NCBI RefSeq assembly: GCF_024521635.1
Contig: NW_026250404.1
Span: forward strand, 124,001 to 188,000
DNA: 64,000 nt
From: Tricharina praecox
Lineage: Eukaryota
Direction of reading: 5' to 3'
Position 1 is the first letter of the stretch; every line of letters begins with the position of its first letter. The notes beneath the pieces are model-generated. The model was not told the origin of the DNA. It saw nothing but the letters and a program-made list of their open reading frames with translations, and made no database searches. Position numbers and translations under genes: made by a program. This document shows positions 15,334 to 27,494 of the stretch, piece by piece.

Positions 15334-18159
15334 ATGCCCGCCCCTACAGCATCGTCGGCCTCGACGCCGCCAGTATCGTCATCGTCACACGCTTCGACCG
15401 TGCTTCAGCTGCGAGGGTTGATATGGCACTCGTTGGACAATGGCATGTTGGATACTGCGCTCTTCACCGCCGAGCGATTACACGCGTTGGATCCAAAAAG
15501 CGCCGACTCGGCACACTTGCTCGCGCTGTGTTTGTTTCGGGACGCTCAGTGCCGGAAGGCTGAGGCGTTGACGGAGAAGTGGTTGAAACATGTTGGGTGT
15601 GCGTACATATATGCGCAGTGTTGTTTGAAGTTGGGCGGCGGAAGAGAGGCTCAAGGGGTTATCGCGCTCGAGGCTTGCAAGCGGTTATGGATTTCGTCTA
15701 CTGGATGGAGTGAGTGCTCGCTCCTTTATTTTTTGGCGGGGCTTTTGAGTGCCGAGATTCACCGGTGCTCTTTTCTGCCCCGCACCAATCTTCCCTTTAC
15801 GTCCCACGTTTCCAGACTGACATATTGCCCATGGCACGCCTTGCTTAGACCACCATACGGATACGAACAGGAAATCCCTGCCGGATGCTGCCGCGATACA
15901 TTGCTTGATGGGGAAGCTATGGCAGGCCCAGAGCGATAATAAGAGGGCCATAGATTCATACGTTGCTGCCGTGAAGGCGAATCCCTTTCTTTGGGAGGCT
16001 TTTACCGGTCTCTGTAATACAGGTAAGAAGGACCTGTGCTGGCGGTGGATCTGTGCTACGGCGACCTCTCCTCGGTCCAGTTTGGCTGACGACTACAACT
16101 AGGTGTGAACCTCCGGGTGAACAACATCTTCAAGCAATCCTCAGAGATGATTGAATTTTGCAAAATCATACCTGCCCCAACGAATCCGATGGTTCCGGAA
16201 GAACTACCACCGCGAACCCGAAACATCGAGAACTACCAGAGCGATCCATTCGTATCCACAACCCACAACCGGGATCGCTCCGACCTTTCATACAACAACC
16301 ACCCTTCGTTTTTCAACAGACTGAACGAGGGCACCGGCAGCTCCAGTCACCTCGAAACACCAACCGCCCAGCCCTCTAGTGCTGGCCCCCACGACCTCCT
16401 CGGAATGAGCAACAATCTCCACGACAAGCCACCACCACCGCCACTACGAAAGACCCGTGCAGCTGCTGAACTTGGTGCCCGCAAACTTACAAGTCGAGCC
16501 GGCCGAGATGTCAACGAATCGAAGCGAGTAACTACTGAGCCAACAGCACCGGCGGCACCAGCTAGGAGAAGCACCAGGTTGAATACGCTCAAGTTCAGCA
16601 GTAGCAAGTCAAGCACAGGCGAGCGCGAGACGAGATTGACAACCAAAGATCGCGAGCGCGAACAGAAGAAACGAGCGGTCAGTGCCCGTCTTCGATCGAA
16701 CCTCGCCAGCAGTGCTGCACTCGGGGGAGGCAAGGAGAAGGGTGGCTCGGAGGATGTAAATGTTCGTGGCAACCCGCAAGCAGCCGACGGCGCTCTGCCT
16801 GTGACTGCCGCCGATAACAGCTCGGGCAAAAAGCGCAAAGCCCGCGGTGAACCATCGCTGACCCGATTGTATAAAAAACAGATGTCGGAAGCCCCGTCAA
16901 AAATATTCCAGGTGCCTCAGCCTCCCCAGCCTCCAGCCACCACAAAGGATAAGTATAAGGAGGAGGCCCAGTTATATCTCCTAGACATGTACCGCAAGCT
17001 TGGGACCGGTTATTTCAATCTGAACCGGTACCACTGTCCTGAGGCACTTGCGGCGCTAGGATCGTTATCGGTTAGCCAGCGGGAAACTCCACGGATACAG
17101 TGTCTTATGGGTAAGGCGTATTACGAAATGGCGCAATATAACGAGGTATGTCGGTCGGAAGTCATCGCGGGAACAGGCACTGACGAGTTTTGTAGGCGGA
17201 GACGGTTTTCACCAAGATCCGGAGGATGGATGCAGTCCGAACAGAGGACATGGAGGTGTTCTCAACAATCCTGTGGCATCAAAGGAAGGACGTCGACCTA
17301 GCTCACTTAGCAAAAGAGCTTATGGAGCTTGATCAGAATTCGCCGGAGGCTTGGTGTGCCATGGGCAATTCATTCTCCCTCCAGCGGGATCATGACAACG
17401 CACTCAGGTGTTTCAAGAGGGCAACACAGCTCAACCCCAAGCTAGCATACGCATACACGCTGCAAGGCCATGAGCACGTCAGCAACGAGGAGTATGAGAA
17501 GGCTCTCAACAGCTACCGCTTGGCCGTCGCAGCCGACAACAGACATTACAATGCTTGGTACGGCCTCGGAAAGGTTTACGAGAAGCTGGGCAAGTACGAG
17601 AATGCCGAAAAACATTTCCGCTCGGCGTCGAAGATCAACCCTACCAATGCTGTTCTCGTATGCTGTGTGGGCATGGTTTTGGAAAAGATGAAGGACTTTG
17701 AAGGAGCTCTGATGCAGTACAATGCCGCTGTCAAGATGTCCCCCGGAAGTGCGTTGTCTCGGTTCAAGAAGGCGCGGACTCTCATGAGCATGCAGAATTA
17801 CCAGGTATGCACCGAGTGTGAATGATAAGGCGAATGTGAGATTGATAATCCATAGGCTGCGTTGGAGGAACTTATGATTCTGAAGGATCTGGCTCCCGAT
17901 GAAGCGAACGTGCACTTTACTCTGGGTAGACTCTTCAAGAGCCTGCATAACAAAACGATGGCGATCAAACATCTGACCATCGCACTGAATCTCGATCCGA
18001 AGGTACCTCATCTTCCGTACCGCTGCAAGAGCACAGCTAACCACAAATATCCAGGCGGGACATCTCATCAAAGAGGTTATAGAGAACCTCGATGAAGAAG
18101 AAGACAGCTTTTCGGTGGAAGACTCCGAAGTGTACAGACTCTTGGATGGCGACACTTAA
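15334..18159 (+). CDS. CDC27: APC/C TPR subunit Cdc27/BimA/Nuc2; multi-exon
   Basis: N-terminal Apc3 region (QLRGLIWHSLDN..ALFTAERL), C-terminal TPRs (SPEAWCAMGNSFSLQRDH, YAYTLQGHE, RHYNAWYGLG, ALNLDPK). Confidence 0.93.
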
Positions 18160-20327
18160 CATCCGCCACTAAAAAAAAAGCTCCTGATGATCACCCCGCA
18201 GTAACGATATCCCATGAACACCCGCACTACCACAACACACCAGCTTACGGTTCTTTTTTACTTTCTCTTTTGGCGTTCTCAAAGGTGTTTTCCTTTAACA
18301 CGCTTCATTGTGCTTTCCCGGGGATTTTCCTAGAGTACGGAGTTGTGCTTTTTTCTTTTTCTTTGTTACTTCTTTTTTAGTCATTGTGTTTGTTACCATA
18401 TCCGGGGGGGAGGGGGGGCAATGGGAGAGTGTGTGTGTCTGTGTGTGGCTTGCATTGATAATGGCTCTCATGGTTTTTTTTTTGGGAAAAAAAGGCATCA
18501 ATCAGTGTATTCGTACGTCTTTTTTTTTTTGGCTTTCTTCCTCCCTCTTCGTGATCCCAACACTCCTGCTTTCGATTGTTTGATGTCTGCAGTAAGGTAG
18601 CAGCTGCAGGGTTGGATTGGGATGGGAGGTAGGCGGAGTTTTGTCCCTTGCGCTTATTTTTTGATAGTACCTATACTTCTTAGGGGATTTTGCATATGTT
18701 TATTCCCAGCAGCTGCCTGCCCTGGTGGGGGATGAGGGGTGGGTGTGGGGGGTGGGATTGTTGGCTGACTGACTGCGGCTTTGCGCTCTGGGAAACCGAT
18801 ATGGTGCGAGTGGGGGGTGCGGGTGGGGGTGGTTTTTCGGGAATGTGTATAAATGAACTGGAAGATCATTATTTCCAACCCGGACAGTAATTTATTTTGA
18901 ACAATTTTTGAGACATTTGACAAGACGGTCTTGCAAGTTGTAGTGGTCACTGCTCACTGGGGTGTGGCTGGAATACGACAGAGTACTCTACTCGTAGAGA
19001 CCGGTCATGTGAGAACTTGGAAGTTGGAAGGCGTTTTGTTCACAGTCTGGGTTTCCGGTCGCTCTTTCCTAGGTATATACCGAACCCGATGCTCCCCGTG
19101 CCGTACTGTACTGCCGCCACTATAAACACAATCATGTTACGCCACGCCTGGAAACACTCGGGATTTCGGGCCGGTCTTGGCCCCCCTCGGCTTCTTGTCT
19201 ACATACGAACTTCTTCTCCGCCCTCTTTACCTCCAGAGGAGCTCACTGTGGTTAGGAGTCGAGGAGGGAGTTTCGGGGAGAAAGATATGGCGAGTGATAA
19301 TCCTGATGTCGCAGAGGAACCGGAGGAGGACGAACAGCTGCGCTAGGAATGAGCCGGGTTTAGCGAAAAGGATCAAGGGCAGGAGGGAGACCACGGTATC
19401 TATGGATGGTGAGCAGATCACTGGTTCATCACTCTTTCGGGAGTATGGAGTACCTACCTGTCGTAGGTACTATTCTATCGAATCGCAGCTCATGAAACAT
19501 GGGATGTCACTCGAAGATCGACATCTATGTAATTGAGTGCTGCGCCCTGCGTGATCAATCCTTTGCCATAGTCTAGATAGGCTGCATGCGAAATAAACTG
19601 AAGATCTCTCTCTGCGTGGTCAATTATCCTTGTTATGTAGTAGTTGCATGGTGCAGGGCGTGTGGTTGATGGGGTTTTTTGGCGAGATTATCTGTTGATG
19701 AAAGCTAGCCGCAAGACGTAACGACTCGGGTATCGCTAGTAGTGGAGTGGGTATCAACCACTATCTGTCTATTTAAAGATTCAAGCCGGCAACTTTGAAG
19801 AGCGGCTGTGTTTCTAGTATGTGAAATACGGCAATCGATCGTCTATAGGCGGTGCCGTGGTGGTGGTGGCCGTATGTAAACAATAGGCGTCACGGTAATG
19901 CTTTTTGCCAAGCGTGGCTGGCGATGGCTGCTGGTGTTGGGTGCGCATACCAATTTCTTTTCACTTCGGAGACTCCATTCATCGTGTTGGAGCAGGGCCA
20001 AGGTAATGGAAAAACACTTCACAGCCATCTACGGTATGATAGTTACAGAAATCCATTTGCTGTCGTCCTGACTGTTCTTGCAACATCGCTCAACCTCAGT
20101 ATCCGCGGTCATGCAGGTGGAGTGTCGCAGGGTATCATGATAGCCAAGATTTTACAACTTTATATGATACTTTCCCGTTAGTTAGGCCTCAGACTTTACG
20201 GCAATCTGACATCCCTATTCCACAGCCTCATTAGAGTCGGCACTCGGCACTGCCTATCATTACCATGACCAGTGAATAACCCGCTGTTAGTGCCATGTCC
20301 ACACGATAAATATGCATCTCCCCCCGC

Positions 20328-21440
20328 ATGCCCACCGAACATACCTCTTCCGACACAAACGCAACCGCCATGGCAATGCAGCGGAACTCCTTACCGCCAG
20401 TTCTCCGGCTCCCATCCGAGCTCATTCTCGAAATCAACGACCATCTAAACACCTGGCATGACGACTCGCTTAATGGGCATCTGAACTCCTACCACTTCTC
20501 CCTTGCGCACCCACGCCTCCGGTCCATCCTCGGCCCAACCATCAAGAGGACGGAGCTAATAGCATTCTACCACAACTTCTCCAACTCCCCGCTCATGGTA
20601 CCTTGCGAGTGTTGCGAGCGCTTGCATCCGTGGTACAACTTCAACACGACCGTCGCGCAGAGGCGCGGGTTCTGGGGGGGAACCTGCATCACGTGCTCGT
20701 CGCCGTGCACACACTATGTCTACCACACCTGGCGGAACAGAGGGGTCTGTTTCCACGAGGGCGTGCGGTGGATGGGCGGGTACATATCGCTGTGCCGGGA
20801 GTGCGAGGCGCCCGTTCTCGTGCAGTTCCCGCGGCTGCGTCTAGCGCCGCGCCACGACGGATGCGAGAAATCCCAAAAATGCACCGTGTGCGGCGCGTTC
20901 CGGCAGAAGGCGTTCTGTCCGTGTGAAGTCCCGCCCGGCGAAACGATACCGGAGTACGGGGAGTTCAGGGTGCTGGAGCTGTTGAGGAGGCTGGATGCGT
21001 GTGTGCTCACTACTGAGGGCTACGGATGGGATCTGGAGGAGCTGGCTGTGCTCCTGGTCGCTGCGGATGATATGGTCGAGCTCAAGCGGCGGAAACGGTG
21101 GACTACGGATTCGGACTCCGGAACGCTCGAGGGGCGGCGGAAGCTGGGTGCTCGCTGGAATGCGGTCGAGGAGTTCGTGTTATGGGCGGAGGAGCGGAAG
21201 AGGAGGAGGGATGCCAGCTTAGTTGGCATGTCGTTCATCTGGAATTATGGGCGGAATCCAATGGAGGGGATGGAACCGCTGAGTGTTGAAATGAAGCCAA
21301 TGAGAAGGGTCGATAGGAGGGAGCCTAGGTCATATCCGCACAAGCCGGAATCGGGGCCTGGTTGGTTCCGTGCGAGTACTACGGCGAGGGGGAGGTTTTA
21401 TACGGGGCAGAGCTCGGTGGAACGCGGTTATTCCAATTGA
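20328..21440 (+). CDS. Orphan F-box-like, Cys-rich protein (single exon)
   Basis: LRLPSELILEINDHL F-box-like motif near the N-terminus; several CxxC pairs; 370-codon ORF. Confidence 0.6.
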   Translation: MPTEHTSSDTNATAMAMQRNSLPPVLRLPSELILEINDHLNTWHDDSLNGHLNSYHFSLAHPRLRSILGPTIKRTELIAFYHNFSNSPLMVPCECCERLHPWYNFNTTVAQRRGFWGGTCITCSSPCTHYVYHTWRNRGVCFHEGVRWMGGYISLCRECEAPVLVQFPRLRLAPRHDGCEKSQKCTVCGAFRQKAFCPCEVPPGETIPEYGEFRVLELLRRLDACVLTTEGYGWDLEELAVLLVAADDMVELKRRKRWTTDSDSGTLEGRRKLGARWNAVEEFVLWAEERKRRRDASLVGMSFIWNYGRNPMEGMEPLSVEMKPMRRVDRREPRSYPHKPESGPGWFRASTTARGRFYTGQSSVERGYSN

Positions 21441-22460
21441 TAATAGAGTTTTGGAGGGCTTACTCGCTCACCTACCCCATTCGCGGGTCAAAAATTGTGT
21501 GCATAGTCGACTCGCGTATTGGAAGTTAGTTCGTAGTTACATATCATTTGACGACACCTCTCAGTCGATTAGCGAACCCTGAAGCGCTCTCGTCATTTAT
21601 GAATGGATTATCTGAGACTCTGACCTATTACCTCCTCCACCGGTCTACTATCCGATGCTTCCAAGCGGCCTCCAACAGTATTTCCGGTAGCCGATTGGAC
21701 ACAAGACCGAATGACACAGTTAATTAGTGGTTCCCTGCGTCAACACTTCAATTCATTCCAGCCTGGGCCCGCTCAGCCCACCCGACAGTAGAGTAGTCGA
21801 GCAGCTGCATATTCGCGTGATTCCGGCCGCCGAATGTCCCGCCTACAGTAGTGCAATTCTTCGGAGCAACACTCGGCTCCGGATTTGGCCGAGTGAGCCC
21901 CGGAGATCCAATGTGCAACCCCGGAATCCCGAAAGACCCACGGAGAAGAATTTTGGTCGCCGAAGATTGGGCCGAAGAGATGGGGAGTGTGCATTAGTCT
22001 TCGTCTTGGTGCCCGAAAGCGCGTGTGGATTCGGAAAACACTGCCGGACTGGGCTGCGTGGTCGACTCGAGTTCGTGTTTCCACTACTAACTATGGGTCC
22101 GCCTACCTAGGAATAAACTCATTATGTGAATGTGAGACAGCGATTTATCCAAGGGAGATCGTGAAGAGGGGGACTACTGGTACCTTGAGGCGTGTTCACA
22201 TCCTTAGGTGGGGTACCCACGGTGGAACACCGCATTCCCGTACACAATGTCATCGGCGACTCGGCGGCCGATAGATAAACGGGTGGGGTATCAAGATGGG
22301 ATTTCAGGTTTGTCAGTGGGTATATAAACGTACGGATCCGCCAGAGAATATATGCTCATCCTCACCACCAGCTTCATCAGTATCCCACATCTCACCACAT
22401 CTCACCACATCTCGCCTCATCTTACCACATCTCACCAACATCACCAAAATCACCAGCACG

Positions 22461-23674
22461 ATGTCTTCCCAAACCACAAAAATCATCACCGTCTTCGGTG
22501 CCACTGGTTCTTAATCCTGCGTCTCTTCGCTCGTACAATCTACTGACTCAGTCCCAGGCCACCAGGGCGCCTCCGTCATCGCTTCCCTCCTCCGGAACCC
22601 CGCCTTCGCCGTCCGCGGCACAACCCGCAACGTCTCCTCCGAAGGCGCCCAGGCACTTACCGCCAAGGGAGTCCAACTGTTTACGGTTGACGCCGTCAAT
22701 CCGGATGCCGACCAGCTGGAGGCCGCGCTGAAGGGGGCTTGGGGAGTGTTCTTGAACCTGTCTTCGCACGATCCTGTTGGTCGTCCCATACATCTCATCT
22801 TCTGGGCTAGACTGACGGTAGACATTAGTCGATCGAGGAGAATGAATACGCGGCTGGAAAAGCCATGATCGATGCCATCCAGGGGGCTGGAGTAGAGCAT
22901 ATCGTCTACTCATCCCTCCCGCCGTCCTCGCTGCTCACTTCCGGGGAGGTTCCGATGGCAACGTTCGACGGTATGTTCCCTCCCCACCCTCCTCCCCATC
23001 CTGGTCCAAAACCTCTAATACCTCTCCTATATGTAGAGAAATACAAACTGCAGCAATACATCAGCAACTCGTGCAACTTCGCCACCGCCAGCTTCATCCA
23101 AGCCGCCTGGTACTTCGATAACTTCAAGTACGCGGACTTTAGCGGCGGATTCCCGTTCGTTCCGGGTGCGGATGGGGTCTACACCTTACGGTATCCCTCA
23201 TGTGGCCCGAACCTCCCGCTGGTTGCGATCGAGAACGATTTTGGCGACTGGGTGCACGGGATATTGCTCGAGCCCGAGGCGTGGAACGGCAAGGTGGTGC
23301 AGGGAAGCAGCGCGATCATGAGTTACCAAGAGATGGTGGAGAGGTTTGAGACATGTTTGTCCCCCCACCCTCCCCTGCCAGTCTTTGGCGATGCGGTGGC
23401 TGATGGATGATGGCTAGACACCGGCAAGAAAGCCCGCGTCGACGAGATCTCCGTTGCTGAGTTTGAGACCTTCGGGCTGAGCTGGATGGAGGAGATAGCG
23501 AAGATGTTTACCTTCTTCCAGAAGACGGCGGGGAGGTATTATGGTGTTGAGAACGACCTGGGAAACGCAAAGAAGCTTAAGGCGGCGGTCGCGGAGAAGG
23601 TCGGTGGGAAGGCTACGTTGACGACTTGGGAGGAGTGGTTGGCAGAGAATTGGGAGGATAAAGAGAAGCAGTAG
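22461..23674 (+). CDS. NmrA-like NAD(P)-binding protein; introns about 22507-22557, 22776-22828, 22971-23036, 23354-23417
   Basis: IITVFGATG|HQGASV, VRGTTRNVSS, GAWGVF, GVEHIVYSSL, WYFDNF; splicing restores the frame. Confidence 0.88.
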
Positions 23675-24849
23675 GTATAAACTTGATTATATTAAGGGGG
23701 TTGCTTATCAAATTTGGGCTGTACTCGAACGGATGGGAATGTAGGATGGAATGTTATGCAAGTTTTCTCGACGCAAAGCGGTACATGAAAAATCACTCAT
23801 TTAGCAGCCTTCTGAAGTGATGGAATTGAGAGAGGAACTTGACTTGATTGATGTATTGATACGAGGAAGAAGCGAAAGAAGACTGTTTATAAAGGAAAAC
23901 GAGCTCGTGTAGACGACGAGAAGGTCGGGCCTCAGACAGAGGATGCGACGAGAGTCGTCGCCGGACTGGGCTGGGGGCTTGAAGGCTTTCAGCTGACGAG
24001 GCTGATTACGATGAGAAGCCACAGACAAAGCCACGAAGGAAATGAGGGCAGCATGCAAAGAACAGTGGAAATTAGCATGACTCCGGAACAGGTAATAAGA
24101 CGCATAATATCAACATGAAGCTCGGATCTGGAACGTCCTAGAAGAAGCTTCTATATGAAGCCAACAGTCTCTTTCCGGCAGCTTTATTCGGACCCACTTT
24201 TAGGGCTCCCACACAGACTTTCGCTCGTATCTGCGACACAGGTGGCTATGGGAATATATATGAAAGCACTGGATGTCATTACATCCTGAAAATCATGTGC
24301 AGACATCGCCTTCGTACTCTTTCATCGGATCCTTTGCCTGGATAACATCAGCACGAATCCCAGACAAGATCGATAGAAAAGCGGATTGGTCATCTTGACC
24401 ACCAATGCGTAGCCCCTCGTCCGGCATGGCTTGTTAGATACCACACAATGATGCGCTGTTGGTGATAATCACGGGTGGTGATAGAGGTATGCCACTGTTA
24501 AAGGCCAGCGAAAGCAGAGGATCGTCGTGAAGTTTGACTACATCGCGGTGTCGTATCAAGCAAGTCAGCGCCGCTGGTAAAGGAGGATTGTACAGATCCG
24601 AGTTCATGTGGTCAAGTTCTTCGATACAGTCTAGTTATACGCTTGCGAAGGGATATCAGAGGCATAATTATGTAAGGTGGTCATCGTGGTGTAACAACTG
24701 CTACGCCACGAATCTTGGAAGTTGCACCGACATGCAGCTGCGGGGCAGCATTCGCTCAGCTCCACTTCGTAACAGGCAACCGCCAACAGCCTGGTAGACG
24801 CCATCTGTGCACACCGAATCTTTCCTGTCGACCAGAAGCCAATTCTCGG

Positions 24850-26581
24850 ATGGAACCCATTTCGCTCGTAACGGTAGTCCCGGGGCTATTGAAAATCTGT
24901 GCAGAGTTCATCGCGTTCATCTCCACCGCGGTCGATGCACCTAGCACTGCGCGTGACGTGGTCGCTGAAGTTCAGGCGATGCTCGGCATCTTCCGGCTGC
25001 TGAACAATTTCATAGTCCATTTCGACGAACAAAGCGTGGACCAGAAGTCTAGAATCCGTGCCGACGATCTGCTCTTCGTTTTGACGGACTGCGTATGCAC
25101 TTTCTCCAAACTCGACAAGGTGCTCGGAAGCCTCAAGACCGACGTTGACAATCCGAAGTCCACGTTCAGCGCCTGGGACCGGCTCAAGTGGGCGGCGAAA
25201 GACGGGGATATCGCGAAGATATTACAGCGCTTTCAAAGCCAAAAAACATCTCTGAATACTTTATTGTCGGTTCATACATGGTTAGTTTAGAGACCCCTTT
25301 CAGTGTACTTTGTACGGACGTCCAAAAGACGATCAACCCGCTGCCCTTCCTAACCGTGCTCCGGCGTGCCTATGAAATAGTTGCTGATAGCGTAGCTCGT
25401 CAGCTCTGCAAGCGCAGCGCGAGAGGGCGGAAATGAATGCTTCCAAAACGACATTTTTGCAGGAAAACCCGCATATCGCGAATCGCATGGCACCAGCCAC
25501 TTCCTTTGAGGATAACGCCGACGTATTCTCTGTCCGCTCCAGAACTGTGATTCACACCGCAGCATCCGGGGGAGCGGATACCTCGCCCGGAGATAATGAC
25601 GACGTATCCTCTGTTAGTTCTAAATCTTCAGCCCTCTCCACCAGATCTGAAAGATTCTCTCATAGATTCTCAATCGAGTTTGAGCGGTCTCTAGTTCAAA
25701 GTCGGGTCTACAGAAACGCGTCCAGAAACTCGTCAAACGGCTCGTTCATGAGCAATCAAACATCGGATTCAAGATGGTCTCATCTCACCGGACTGAGCAT
25801 GACCCAGATATCAACCATATCGGTCGTCTGTCTTCCAGTATACAGTTCCGAGCTGAGCAACGGCCATATGTACCAACAGGATCGGGTGATACCTGGTGGC
25901 AATGTCACGGGTGGCGGTCTCGCAGTAGCTCAACTTCAACGGCTGCGGATGGGAGGCGTCAGACCCACCACCACAATTCGGCATGGCTTGACGCCCGTGA
26001 GCGAACGGGGCGATCTTTTACATGTTGCGGCTGGCAAGGGTGACAACGTCGGTGTCGATATGCTGGTGAAAACGCTGGGTATTGATATAGAATCGCGAGA
26101 CACTAAAGGCTATACGGCGCTGCATCGCGCGGTCCTTGAGGGGAAGAGTGCTAACGTCCAACTACTACTCGACTGCGGTGCCAACATCGAGGCTGAGGAC
26201 GAAAAAGATAGCACTTCGCTTCACCAGGCCGCCAAAGGCGGACGTACAGAAATTGTGCAACTACTGCTCGACCGCGGTGCCAATATCGAGGCCACACAAA
26301 GGGACGGAACTTCGCTTCACTAGGCGGCCAGAGCCGGGCATATACACACTGTGCAGCTACTGCTCGACCGTGATGCCAACATCGAGGCCAAGGAAGTGGA
26401 CGGTGGGACCCCGCTGCACAAGGCGGCCGAAGGCGGACATACGGGCACCGCGCAGTTACTTCTTGACCGCCGTGCCAAAATCGATACTGCGGACACCGAG
26501 GGAAACACGGCACTCTTCCTGGCGGTCAGGTATTAGCATAAAGGCATGGCACGAATGCTCCGTAAATGAGGAGCCACATAG
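24850..26581 (+). pseudogene. HeLo-like/fungal STAND N-terminal domain + Ser-rich linker + about 6 ankyrin repeats; in-frame stops at 26321, 26534 and 26567; intron 25281-25395
   Basis: MEPISLVTVVPGLL..DAPSTARDV..WDRLKWAAKD..LQRFQSQKTSLN resembles HeLo-like N-terminal domains. Ankyrin consensus (LH.AA..G...VQLLLD.GANIEA) continues in frame across the TAG. Confidence 0.75.
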
Positions 26582-27494
26582 GTTGGTGAGTTTACTGCCA
26601 CCCCTTTCCGACTCTCATCGGATTCTAAACATCGTTCTCAACGGAAATAGAATTAGCAGAAGTATATCAATAGGGAAATCGGGATGGAAAGTTTGACTAT
26701 CAGGGAGGGTTGGAAGTAGGGAGATGGATAGGAGAAGATGTCGATTCTCATTATTATCACTCGTCAGACCGCAGAACTTCTTTATAACCACGCTCATCGG
26801 ATTCAAGGCTCGATATCTCTTCTTACGACAGACTGAACTCCTTTTCATTGACTGCTATCTCTATAGTTCTCTAATATATGGGTGGTGGGAATTATTGGCC
26901 AAGAGAAAAGGGGAAGTTGGCCGTGCCTGTTACGGTTCCGTGTCCGCCAGACCGTGCAATGCATAGAAACTCGACCGGAACTTTTTGGCATGGGACTGCG
27001 TGGGGTCGGAATTGTATTATGATATGTACAGATCGGCAAGTCATGACGGTTCTGCAGGGTCGCTACTTACCATGAGGTGTTTCGGTAGCTTCATAAGGTC
27101 GGATACAGTATGAGGAAACAAAAATAAAAGCCGAAATAAAAACAAAACACTTCATTGGCACCCTATCGACCTAGCACAACCTGTTATTTATGATAGCATC
27201 AAGGGTTCTCTCCTCATCGGACGTCGAATTACAAATGTCTAGTGTCTCTGAGACGTGATCGTTTACTGAATGTGTAAAATTGTGATAGGTCTCAGTAGAT
27301 AATGGTCAGGATGAGAAACCCAATATTATTATAAGTGCAATATTTGCGTACATACGAATAGAGAGAAAGTAAAACAAAGCCACAGAGGTTATCCGCTCGG
27401 AAACGAAGAAAAGAAATGAGGAAAATAGCAACACAAAATTGGCAGACTCCAAAAACGAACGAACAGTATGGAAATGCAATTGAAATTACCCAGC

